Source: Eledone cirrhosa (Eukaryota). Taken from it: a stretch of DNA of 64,000 nucleotides. The notes under the pieces are model-generated. The model was not told the DNA's origin and made no database searches. It worked only from the letters and a program-made list of their open reading frames with translations. Location of the stretch: positions 43,338,001 through 43,402,000 of the forward strand of contig OZ024752.1 of assembly GCA_964016885.1 (NCBI GenBank), in the 5' to 3' direction. The position numbers and the translations under genes are program-made. Shown here piece by piece: positions 24,850 to 37,200 of this stretch. Within the stretch, counting starts at the first letter, position 1. Every line of letters starts with the position of its first letter.

Positions 24850-25620
24850 TGTGAGGGCAGTGTACGCTTTGTGGAGGTACTGTCAGTAACAGATGCGTTT
24901 AAAACTGGCTGTCCATGACGATCTGGTTCTTATAGCAGAATCAGTAAACAAGCTAAAGAAGAAATGCTGTCTATGGAAACAGTTGGAAGCAAGAGGACAG
25001 AATAAAAACATAGAAAAGAGGACATGCTCCCTATGTTGAAAAGGAGCTGGGATAAATTCTATAAAATATACGCAATGCACATCTGGGGTACTCAACATAT
25101 GTAGTGGGATAGCAAGCAAACAGGTAGTGAAAACTACCTGTACAGAGAAATTTCACAGTAGAAGTGACAGTGATAGAAACAGTTTTCAAATGAAGGTGGG
25201 TTCTATACAAGTGGTTCGTACATTCCGCTACATAGATGAGCAGATTAGAAAGAGAGTAGGCTACTACGAGGCCATAATATCTACAATAAGGATGGGTTGG
25301 AAGAAGTGAGACATGGCCAGCAATTGCAGACAATATGCCAAGGCTGGCAAAGAAATGAAGGAAGCATGCTCCGTTGGATGTGCGTCGACGACCGAGCAGA
25401 GATGAGTTGAGAGAGAAAATGGGTACGAGTTGTGTGCAGGAGAGAAGAATAAGATGGTTTGCTGGGTAAACAAGTGCCAAGTAATTCCAGTAGAAGGAAG
25501 ACTAGGAAAAACAGACCTAACGATCACCAACGAGGTGACCAACGACTGGTATAAGCCGAGAGAGGTGGTGCTCAATAGTACATGTCCCACACTTGAAAGC
25601 GAACGTATGATCATGAAGAT
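24850..25620 (+). mobile_element. Decayed RTE LINE 3' portion (copies at ~30150-30960 and ~34440-35220)
   Basis: GAAGCATGCTCCGTTGGATGTG, WV.KC and the CCCACACTTGAAAGC tail are homologous to the 60-kb RTE copy. Confidence 0.7.
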
Positions 25621-25659
25621 GACTGCAAATGTTTCATTATTTCTGCATAGAAATATACA

Positions 25660-26125
25660 TCATCTTCAACAAACGCTATATTGTCTTTAGCTTTCAACAA
25701 TACCATTTCACAATAAAACATGAAATAAGAACAAACTGATTCTCTAATATTTAATAATATATTGGCATCTGCTTCGCTGCTTAACTCCGACTGCTGGGTC
25801 TGCATTCTTGTCGTCTGTTATGCTTCCACTTCATTGCTTTTCACAGGAACAATCAACAACTACTCTTTCTAACTCTTAAAACCTTGCTCTAGCTTCCAAT
25901 GTTCACTCTCGGGGATGTCTTTCCAACGGACTGCATTCTTCCCTCTTTTCGACACATCTTTCCAGTTTCTTCACATCGGTCAAATCTTCAATCTGCACAA
26001 TTTCCACTTTTCACATCTAGGTCTTTCTATTCTATACATCAGTTAGTCTTAGTTTCAAGTTCTAATATTGTAAAATAATATCTTTCAACATGGGAGACAA
26101 TATAGCACTTGTTGCTGAAGATAGA
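25660..26125. mobile_element. Fold-back module B, a diverged paralogue of module A; copies at ~31010 and ~35260
   Basis: Shares the TATTGGCATCTGCTT...CTGCATTCTT...CAACTACTCTTTC core; ~80-bp inverted ends (25660-25740 vs 26037-26123). Confidence 0.65.
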
Positions 26126-26249
26126 CTTTTATCATCTATATTATTCTCTCTCCAGCTACCAGTTAACATATCCATGCATAATATTTGCATGTGTGTCGTC
26201 ATGTGTGGATATTTGAGAAAAGGATAATGATAAACAGATATATACATGG

Positions 26250-27325
26250 ATGAGGAGAGTCACTTGGTGGTAGAACAATATGGTAGATGAGGCAATTAAG
26301 GCTAAGAGACAGGCATGGAAAGAATGGAAAAACAGGGCACATTACAGAGAGACCAGGAGCAAAGCTAGGCGACAAGTATACTTAGCTAGAAGGGAGGTAG
26401 AGGATAGGAATTTCAAGCATCTTTTGCAACACGAGGAACAGAAACAGGTGTTCGAGATTACGAGGCAGTGTGTCAGAGAGAATTGTGATGTCTTTGGACA
26501 AAAGTGTATCCAGAATGATAAAGGTCAGCTTGCACTCACAATTTCTGAGGAGATGCGTGGAAGAGCCAGTATGAAAGATTACTAAATGGGGAGAATGCGT
26601 GGGAAAAAGATACCATACCCAAAGTGAACCCTATAGAGGGGCTAGCAGAACAAGTCAGCAGCAATGTAGTATGGCAATCAAAGATATGAAGACGGGGAAG
26701 GCAACCAGTCTATCGGGTATAGCTGCCGAGATGCTCAAGGCATCTGGGTCGGTAGATCAGACCATAACCACACGTATTGTTAACTAGGTAATACTAAAGG
26801 GCGTCGTACAAAAACATTCGTTCAGCAGCATCATGGTCAACTGATAAAGGTAAAGGTGATGCACTAGATAGAGGAAACTAGAGAGGTATAAAGCTGATGG
26901 ACCAGGTCATGAAAGTAACAAAGAGTTGGAGCACAGTTGATTAGGAACAGGGTGAAAATACATGATATGCAATTATGCTTTGTACAAAAAAAAAGGCACC
27001 ACTCATGTCCTCACCTATGTGAGGCAGTTACAGGAAAAGTACCTAGCTAAAAGTAAGCCAATCTACCTAGCATTTGTCGAAATGGAAAAAGCCTTCGACA
27101 GAGTCCACCATGCTATAATCCGGTCGGCTCTTAGAAAATTTAAAGTAGATGAATAGCTTATGAGGGCTGTACAAGCCATGTATAAAGAAACAATCAGCAA
27201 AGTTAGGGTTACCAATGACTAGAGCGAGGAATTTAGCATGCAGGTCCGTGTCCACCAGGGCTGTTCTTAGCCCTCTCCTTTTTATCATAGTCCTGCAGGC
27301 AATAACAGGAATTTAAAACCGGATG
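26250..27325 (+). mobile_element. Decayed RTE LINE (linker to RT); copies at ~31610-32690 and ~35865-36835
   Basis: TWW..VDEAIKAKRQAWKEW; MKTGKA...GIAAEMLK; RQLQEKYL....YLAFVEMEKAFDRV; VHQG.VLSPLLF. Confidence 0.85.
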
Positions 27326-28800
27326 TCAGCTTATAGTTCTACCAAGGGAGACAGTGATGTGAATGCAGAGGAATTTCATGAGATGTGTAGAGCTGTCAAC
27401 ACCACACAAGCTCAAAACATGATTCTTCTGAGGGACTTCTATGCACATCTGAGTAAGGAGAGCAGAGAAGATCCGCGCTGGTAATTCCCTAACACCAACC
27501 GAAATGGAAGACTACCGACAGACGCCATGCTGGATGCAAACTTGATGGCAACCAACCTAACGTTAAGGAAGAATCCAGAAAAGATGTGGACCAAGACCTA
27601 GATTGATTTCTTTCTGGTGAGGAAAAAGCAGCGCAATAGTGTTCTCAACACAGAACCATACAACTATTTCAGTACACTGGGACAGTGGACACATGCTTGT
27701 TATGAGTGAGGTCCGGGTGAGCTTAAGAAAGAGCAAGGCTACACCAACAGTATAATCTATGACTGGGGAACTTTCAAGGAACATAAGCTACAGAAGAGGT
27801 TCACGGGAGAAGTGAGCAACAGGTTCAGTGCTCTTTGTAGAGAGTTTGACAAAGAGGTACGGCTACTTGAACAATGCAGTAGCAGAAGCAAGTGAGACAC
27901 TGATGCTGAGGAGAAAGAAGAGGAAGCATGTCAGTTCTGCAGACCCAAAGGTGTGTGCAGCCTGCCAAGGACCAATTCTGTGCTGATCCTATGGAGAGGA
28001 TGGACACAGTGGAGGTGATGAGGGAAGCACTCTGTACCGCTTACACTGACGCCAGAGAGGAGGCACTAAAAGTGTTAAGAGAACGGTTGACAGTTGGATG
28101 ATCAACGAGATCACATGGAGGAAAGGTCAGATCAAGGAAACAGATCCAGAGGATAGGAAAAAGGAAATGGCTGAACCATTTTAGAACACAACTATGAGAT
28201 GCCCTCCACAGCCAAGAACACTGGGCAGATCAGGTGGCTGTTACAAAAACTGAATATTGACACAGGACCCTTTGCCAGAGAGGAGCTTCAGAGAGCAAAA
28301 AAAGAAGATAAAGGAGGGCAAGGCCCATGGAGAAAATCGAGTGGCATCAGGTCATGTAGAGTTGTGATTTTCATATCTTGGAGATCTGTAAAAAAGGGAC
28401 TGGAGAAACGAGTTGCCCTGAACAAGTGGACGATCAGTAACTTCGTGCCACTGCCAAAGAAGGCAGATCTCTCTAACAGAAACAACTACAGGGGGACCTC
28501 ACTTGTGGCAAAGACTCTCAACAGGATGATTCTAAAGAGAATCCAGCCCTGCATGGACAAAAAGCTCAACCAACCAGAACAGCTTCACAGATAGAGATCA
28601 ACCAACGGTCACATCCTGATGCTGAGGAAGATATTTGAGGGAGCTAAAGCAAATTGCCTATAATTCTGACTATCGTCACTGCCTGATCAAGATTTTTGTG
28701 GAATACAAAAGTATCACTGCTCTACACGAACACTAAAGCCAAAGTCATTACACCCGGTGGTTCTTCGAGTTACTACTTGGATTGCTCCAAGGAGCTACAC
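27325..28800 (+). mobile_element. Second decayed LINE (endonuclease to RT start); full copy at ~36835-38300, internally deleted copy at ~32700-33300
   Basis: TKT*IDFFLVR endonuclease motif; FAREELQRA...WTISNFVPLPKKADLS..NNYRG. Confidence 0.75.
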
Positions 28801-31800
28801 CCATTGTTCAGTGGCTAAATACAGTCAAAGAAAAATATAATTGCTTTTCTTTCTCAGAGAGTTAAGTCAGCGAAGGTAACACACCACTAACAAAATCCCC
28901 TCTCCTACTAAATTGGTCAATGACCAATCCAGCAGATAAACAATTATATTAAGAAAAATAATTTCTTTTTAAACAAACGACAATTAAATATTTACTGTTG
29001 AATGTCTGTTTGTGGGCTTATGTAGGGTCGGGCATCTCATAATTTTTTCCGTATTTACGCAGAGTAATATAGATAAAAATACATCAACGACAAACACTAT
29101 ATTGTCTCACACTTTAAAGGATTCGCTTTTGCAATAAAACAGGGAATCAATAAACTATCTGATTCCATTAATATTTTATATTATATTGGCATCTCCTTGG
29201 CAGCTAACTCCAACTGCTGGGCCTGCATGCTTCTCTCATCTGTTATGCTTGCACTTCATTGATTTTCACTGGAACAATCCGCAACTACTCTTTCTGTTTA
29301 TTCTCAGGGATGTCTTTTCTAGCCAATGCATTCTTCATTACATCATGCACATTTTCCACAGCTTCTTTCACATCGGTCAAATTTTCAATCTTAATTCGGC
29401 ACAATTTCAACATCTTTTGCCTGCATCACACTGTATTCAGTGAATTAGTTTTTCCTCGTTTCCTATTCTTATATTGCAAAAACATATGCATAAAAGTGCA
29501 AGATAATATAGCGAGTGTTCATATATTTTGCTTATCTACATTATAATCACTCGACAGCTCCTTGGCAACATATTCATGCATGGATGTGTGTACTTGTATA
29601 TCGTAATTTAGATGTCTAGTCTTCAACAGACGCTTAGCACTGACCGAGACAACCAGCCTTGAATATTGAGTTTTATCAAACAACTAAATTTCCTGCTAAG
29701 AGGGGAAACAACAATTTTATTAAAATATCCAAGAGTAAACTCCCTTTGCTAATTGAAATATTGCATATACATTTGTAGACGTATAAACACAAAAACACTA
29801 TACACAATAACAACATGTGTACATGTATACATACATAGACATATGTACACATACATGACAATATACTACACCCCCACGACTTACAGCCGGAACTTGCAAC
29901 ACCTACATCACAACTAAAGCGCAACTATTTCAACGCTGGAAATCTAGCTAAACTTATCAGAGCTACAAATAATAATGTCAGAGTAAAAAGAAATATAAAT
30001 TAAGCTTTTTAATCAAACGAATCTTAGGAAATATATAAAATATAACCGGTGGCAATGTAATCCATCTTAGCAATTCATTTTTTGGACAGACAACTCCTTT
30101 TGATCTGTCATCTAGTGGTGCCTAACCAAACTAGGTGGTGAGGGCCGTGTAGGCTTTGTACAGAGGTGCTGTCAGTAACAGATGCGTTTAAAAATGGCTG
30201 TCCGTGACGATCTGGTTCTTATAGCAGAATCAGTAAACAAGCTAGAGAAGAAATGCTGTCTATGGAATCAGTAGTTGGAAGCAAGAGGACAGAATAAAAA
30301 CATAGAAAAGGGGACATGTTCACTATGTTGAAAAGGAGTTGGGATAAATTCTATAAAATATACGCAATGCACATCTGGGGTACACAACATATGTAGTGGG
30401 ATAGCAAGCAAACAGGTAGTGAAAACTACATGTACAGAAAAATTTCACAGTAGAAGTACCAGTGATAGAAACAGTTTTCAAATGAAGGTGGGTTCTATAC
30501 AAGTGGTTCGTACCTTCCGCTATATAGATGAGCAGATTAGAAAGAGGAGTCTACTACGAGGCCACAGTATCTACAATAAAGATGGGTTGGAAGAAGTGAG
30601 ACATGGCCAGCAATTGCAGAGAATATGCCAAGGCTGGCAAAGAAATGAAGGAAGCATGCCCCGTTAGATGTTCGTCAACCATCGAGCAGAGATGAGTTGA
30701 GAGAGAAAATGGGTATGAGTTGTGGAGTGCTGGAGAGAAGAATGAGATGGTTTGCTGGGTAAACAAGTGCCAAGTAATTTGAGTAGAAGGAAGACGCAGT
30801 AGAGGAAGACTAGGAAAAACATAGACGGCGGTGGTGAGAGCAGACCTCAAATCGCTAACGATCACCAACGAGGTGAACAACGACCGGTATAAGCCGAAAG
30901 AGGCGGTGCTCAATAGTACATGTCCCACACTTGAGAGCGAACGTATGATGATGATGACTGTGCAAATGTTTCCTTATTTCTGCATAAAAAGTAATATACA
31001 TGAACAAAGTAGATCATCTTCAACAAACGCTATATTGTCTTTAGCTTTCAACAATACGATTTCACAATAAAACATGAAATAAGAACAAACTGATTCTCTA
31101 ATATTTAATATTATATTGGCATCTGCTTCGCTGCTTAACTCCGACTGCTGGGTCTGCATTCTTGTCTCGTCTGTTATGCTTCCACTTCATTGCTTTTCAC
31201 AGGAACAATCAACAACTACTCTTTCTAACTATTAAAACCTTGCTCTAGCTTCAAATGTTCACTCTCGGGGATGTCTTTCCTACGGTCTGCATTCTTCACT
31301 CTTTTCGACACATCTTTCCAGTTTCTTCACATCGGTCAAATCTTCAATCTTCAATCTGCACAATTTCCACTTTTTTTCACATCTAGGTTTTTCTATTCTA
31401 TACATCAGTTAGTCTTAGTTTCAAGTTCTTATATTGTAAAATAATATCTTTCAACATGGAAGACAATATAGCACTTGTTGCTGAAGATAGAATAATATAG
31501 ATGATAAAAGTCTCTCTCCAGCTACCAGTTAACATATCCATGCATAATATTTGCAGTGTCATCATGTGTGGATATTTGAGAAAAAGATAATAAAAAGATA
31601 TATACATGGATGAGGAGAGTCACTTGGTGGTAGAACAATATGGTAGATGAGGCAGTCAAGGCTAAGAGACAGGCATGGAAAGAATGGAAAAACAGGGCAC
31701 ATTACATAGAGACCAGGAGCGAAGCTAGGCGACAAGTATACTTAGCTAGAAGGGAGGTAGAAGATAGGAATTTCAAGCATCTTTTGCAACACGAGGAACA

Positions 31801-34045
31801 GAAACAGTTGTTCCAGATTACGAGGCAGTGTTTCAGAGAGAATTGTGATGTCATTGGACAAAAGTGTATCCAGAATGATAAAAGTCAGCTTGCACTCACA
31901 AGTGCTGAGAAGATGCGTGGAAGAGCCAGTATGAAATATTACTAAATGAGGATAATGTATGGGGAAAAAGATAACATACCCAAAGTGAACCCTATAAAGG
32001 GGCTAGCAGAACAAGTCAGCAGCAATGTAGTATGGCAATCAAAGATATGAAGACGGGGAAGGCAACCAGTCTATCGGGTATAGCTGCCGAGATGCTCAAG
32101 GCATCTGGGTCGGTAGATCAGACCATAACCACACGTATTGTTAACTAGGTAATACTAAAGGGCGTCGTACCAAACGATTCGTGCAGCAGCATCATGGTCA
32201 ACTGATACAAAGGTAAAAGTGATGCACTAGATAGAGGAAACTATAGAGGTATAAAGCTGATGGACCAGGTCATGAAAGTAACAAAGAGTTAGAGCACAGT
32301 TGATTAGGAACAGGGTGAAACATGATATGCAATTGAGATTTGTACCAGGAAAAAGGCACCATCCATGTCCTCAGCTTTGTGAGGCAGTTACAGGAAAAGT
32401 ACCTAGCTAAAAGTAAGCCGCTCTACCTGGCATTTGTCGAAATGGAAAAAGCCTTCGACAGAGTCCACCATGCTATAATCTGGTGGGCTCTTAGAAAATT
32501 TGAAGTAGATGAATAGCTTATGAGGGCTGTACAAGCCATGTATAAAGAAACAATCAGCAAAGTTAGGGTTATCAATGACTAGAGCTAGGAATTTAGCATG
32601 CAGGTCGGTGTACACCAGGGCTGTTCTTAGCCCTCTCCTTTTTATCATAGTCCTGCAGGCAATAACAGGAATTTAAAACCGGATGTCAGATTACAGTCTA
32701 GACCATTTTAGTACACAACTATGAAATGCCCTCCACAGCCAAGAACACTGGGCAGATCAGGTGGCTGTTACAAAAACTGCATATTGAGACAGGACACTTT
32801 GCCAGAGAGGAGCTTCAGAGAGCAAAAAAAGATAAAGGAGGGCAAGGCCCATGGAGAAAATCGAGTGGCTACAGGTCATGTAGAGTTTGTGATTTTCATA
32901 TCTTGGAGTTCTGGAGAAACGAGTTGCCCTGAACCAGTGGACAATCAGTAACTTCGTGCCACTGCCAAAGAAGGCAGATCTCTTTAACAGCAACAACTAC
33001 AGGGAGACCTCACTTGTGGCAAAGAACCTCAACAGGATGATTCTTAAGAGAATCCAGCCCTACATGGACAAAAAGCTCAAACAACCACAACAGCTTCAGA
33101 GATAAAGATCAACCAACGGTCACATCCTGATGAAGATATTTGAGGGAGCTAAAGCAAATTGCATATAATTATGACGATCGTCACTGCCTGATCAAGATTT
33201 TTGTGGAATACAAAAGTATCACTTCTCTACACGAACACTAAAGCCAAAGTCATTACACCCGATGGTTCTTCGAATTATTGGTTGGGAGTGCTCCAAGGAG
33301 CTACACCCATTCTTCAGTGGCTAAATACAGTCAAAGAAAAATATCAAAATTGCTCTTCTTTCTCAGAGAGCTAAGTCAGCGAAGGTAACACACCACTAAC
33401 AAAATCCCCTCCTACAAAAATGGTCAATAACCAATCCAGCAGATAAACGTAATTATATTAAGAAAAAAATTTCTTTTTAACAAAGGACAATTTTTACTGT
33501 TGAAGGCCTGTTTGTGGGCTTATGCAGGGTCGGGCATCTCATAAATTCAGTATTTAGGCAGAGTAATATAGATAAAAATACATCAACGACAAACACTATA
33601 GTCTCGCACTTTAAAGAATTCGCTTTTGCAATAAAACAGGGAATCAATAAACTATCCGATTCAATAATATTTTATATTATATTGGCATCTGCTTGGCAGC
33701 AAACTCCAACTGCTGGGCCTGCATTCTTCTCTCTCGTCTGTTATGCTTGTACTTCATTGATTTTCACTGCAACAATCATACACTTAGCCCTGACCGAGAC
33801 AACCAGCCTTGACAATTGAGTTTTATCAAATAACTAAATTTCCTGCTAACAGGGGAAACAACTCGTAATTTTATTAAAATATCCAAGAGTAAACTCCCTT
33901 TCCTAATTGAAATATGGCATAAACATTTGTAGACGTATAAACACAAAAACACTATACATAATAACATGTGTACGTGTATACATACATAGACATATACTAT
34001 TTCAACGCTGGCAATCTAGCTAAACTTATAGCTACAACTAATAAT

Positions 34046-34231
34046 TGTTTCTACTTTTGGCACAAGGCCAGCAATTAACCAGTACATTACTGGTACTTTA
34101 TTTTATCGACCCCGTAAGGATGAAAGGCAAAGTTAACCTCGACAGGATTTGGACTCGGATCGTAAAGGGACGTAATTCTTTGCGTCAAAGCATGGCGTCC
34201 GACCCTCCACCGATACTGCCAACCCACCGCC
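34046..34231 (-). mobile_element. Full-length tRNA-derived SINE (Nin/Deu-like core) with a 17-bp TSD
   Basis: GGCGGTGGGTTGGCAG...CTTTGCCTTTCATCCTTACGGGGTCGATAAAATAAAGTACCAG...TAGAAACAA; TSD TAGCTACAA(C/T)TAATAAT at 34029 and 34232. Confidence 0.88.
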
Positions 34232-37200
34232 TAGCTACAATTAATAATGTCAGTAAAAATAAAAATTAAGCTTTTTAATCAAAAGAGTCTTAGGAAATAT
34301 ATAAAATATAACCGGTGGCAATGTAATCCATCTTAGCAATTAAATTAATTTTGTTGACAGACAAGTCCTTTGGTAGGGTACCATGATCTGTCATCTGGTG
34401 GTGCCTAACCAAACTAGGTGTTGGGGAATGTCTTGTGAGGGCAGTGCAGGCTTTGTACAGAGGTGCTGTCAGTAACAGATGCGTTTAAAACTAGCTGTCC
34501 GTGACGATCTGGTTCTTATAGCAGAATCAGTAAACAAGCTAAAGAAGAAATGCTGTCTATGGAAACAGTAGTTGGAAGCAAGAGGACAGAATAAAAACAT
34601 AGAAAAGAGGACATGCTCCCTATGTTGAAAAGGAGCTGGGATAAATTCTATAAAATATACGCAATGCACATCTGGGGTACTCAACATATGTAGTGGGATA
34701 GCAAGCAAACAGGTAGTGAAAACTACCTGTACAGAAAAATTTCACAGTAGAAGTGACAGTGATAGTGATAGAAACAGTTTTCAAATGAAGGTGGGTTCTA
34801 TACAGATGAGCAGATTAGAAAGAGAGGAGGCTACTACGAGGCCATAATATCTACAATAAGGATGGGTTGGAAGAAGTGAGACATGGCCAGCAATTGCAGA
34901 GAATATGCCAAGGCTGGCAAAGAAATGAAGGAAGCATGCTCCGTTAGATGTTCGTCAACCATCAAGCAGAGATGAGTTGAGAGAGAAAATGGGTATGAGT
35001 TATGTGCAGGAGAGAAGAATAAGATGGTTTGCTGGGTAAACATGTGCCAAGTAATTCCAGTAGAAGGAAGACTAGGAAAAACATAGATGGGTGGTGAGAG
35101 CAGACCTCAAATCGCTAACGATCACCAACGAGGTGAACAACGACCGGTATAAGTGGAGAGGCGGTGCTCAATAGTACATGTCCCACACTTGAAAGCGAAC
35201 ATATGATTATGAAGATGACTGTGCAAATGTTTCCTTATTTCTGCATAGAAAGTATACATCATATTCAACAAACGCTATATTGTCTTTAGCTTTCAACAAT
35301 ACCATTTCGCAATAAAACATGAAATAAGAACAAACTGATTCTCTAATATTTAATATTATATTGGCATCTGCTTCGCTGCTTAACTCCGACTGCTGGGTCT
35401 GCATTCTTGTCTCGTCTGTTATGCTTCCACTTCGTTGCTTTTCACAGGAACAATCAACAACTACTCTTTCTAACTCTTAAAACCTTGCTCTAGCTTCAAA
35501 TGTTCACTCTCGGGGATGTCTTTCCTACGGAATGCATTCTTCACTCTTTTCGACACATCTTTCCAGTTTCTTCACATCGGTCACATCTTCAATCTTCAAT
35601 CTGCACAATTTCCACTTCTTTTCACATCTAGGTCTTTCTATTCTATTCTATACATCAGTTAGTCTTAGTTTCAAGTTCTTATCTTGTAAAATAATATCTT
35701 TCAACATGGGAGACAATATAGCACTTGTTGCTGAAGATAGACTTTTATCATCTATATTATTCTCTCTCCAGCTACCAGTTAACATATCCATGCATAATAT
35801 TTGCATGTGTGTCGTCATGTGTGGATATTTGAGAAAAAGATAATGATAAAAAGATATATACATGGATTAGGAGAGTCACTTGGTGGTAGAACAATATGGT
35901 AGATGAGGCAATTAAGGCTAAGAGACAGGCATGGAAAGAATGGAAAAACAGGGCACATTACAGAGAGACCAGGAGCAAAGCTAGGCGACAAGTATACTTA
36001 GCTAGAAGGGAGGTAGAGGATAGGAATTTCAAGCATCTTTTGCAACACGAGGAACAGAAACAGGTGTTCGAGATTACGAGGCAGTGTGTCAGAGAGAATT
36101 GTGATGTCATTGGACAAAAGTGTATCCAGAATGATAAAGGTCAGATTGCACTCACAATTTCTGAGGAGATGCGTGGAAGAGCCAGTATGAAAGATTACTA
36201 AATGGGGAGAATGCGTGGGAAAAAGATACCATACCCAAAGTGAACCCTATAGAGGGGCTAGCAGAACAAGTCAGCAGCAATGTAGTATGGCAATCAAAGA
36301 TATGAAGACGGGGAAGGCAACCGGTCCATCGGGTATAGTTGCCGAGATGCTCAAGGCATCTGGGTCAGTAGATCAGACCATAACCACAAGTAATGTTAAC
36401 TAGATAATACTAAACGATTCGTGCAGCAGCATCATGGTCAACTGATACAAAGGTAAAGGTGATGCACTAGATAGAGGAAACTAGAGAGGTATAAAGCTGA
36501 TGGACCAGATCATGAAAGTAACGTAAAGAGTTATAGCACAGTTGATTAGTACCTAGCTAAAAGTAAGCCACTCTACCTGGCATTTGTCGAAATGGAAAAA
36601 GCCTTCGACAGAGTCCACCATGCTATAATACGGTCGGCTCTTGGAAAATTAAAAGTAGATGAATGGCTTATGAGGGCTGTACAAGCCATGTATAAAGAAA
36701 CAATCAGCAAAGTTAGGGTTACCAATGATTAGAGCGAGGAATTTAGCATGCAGGTCCGTGTACACCAGGGCTGTTCTTAGCCCTCTCCTTTTTATCATAG
36801 TCCTGCAGGCAATAACAGGAATTTAAAACCGGATGTCAGCTTATAGTTCTACCAAGGGAGACAGTGATGTGAATGCAGAGGAATTTCATGAGATGTGTAG
36901 AGCTGTCAACACCACACAAGCTCAAAACATCATTCTTCTGAGGGACTTCTATGCACATCTGAGTAAGGAGAGCAGTGAAGATCCGCGCTGGTAATTCCCT
37001 AACACCAACCGAAATGGAAGACTACCGACAGACGCCATGCTGGATGCAAACTTGATGGCAACCAACCTAACGTTAAGGAAGAATCCAGAAAAGATGTGGA
37101 CCAAGACCTAGATTGATTTCTTTCTGGTGAGGAAAAAGCAGCGCAATAGTGTTCTCAACACAGAACCATACAACTATTTCAGTACACTGGGACAGTGGAC

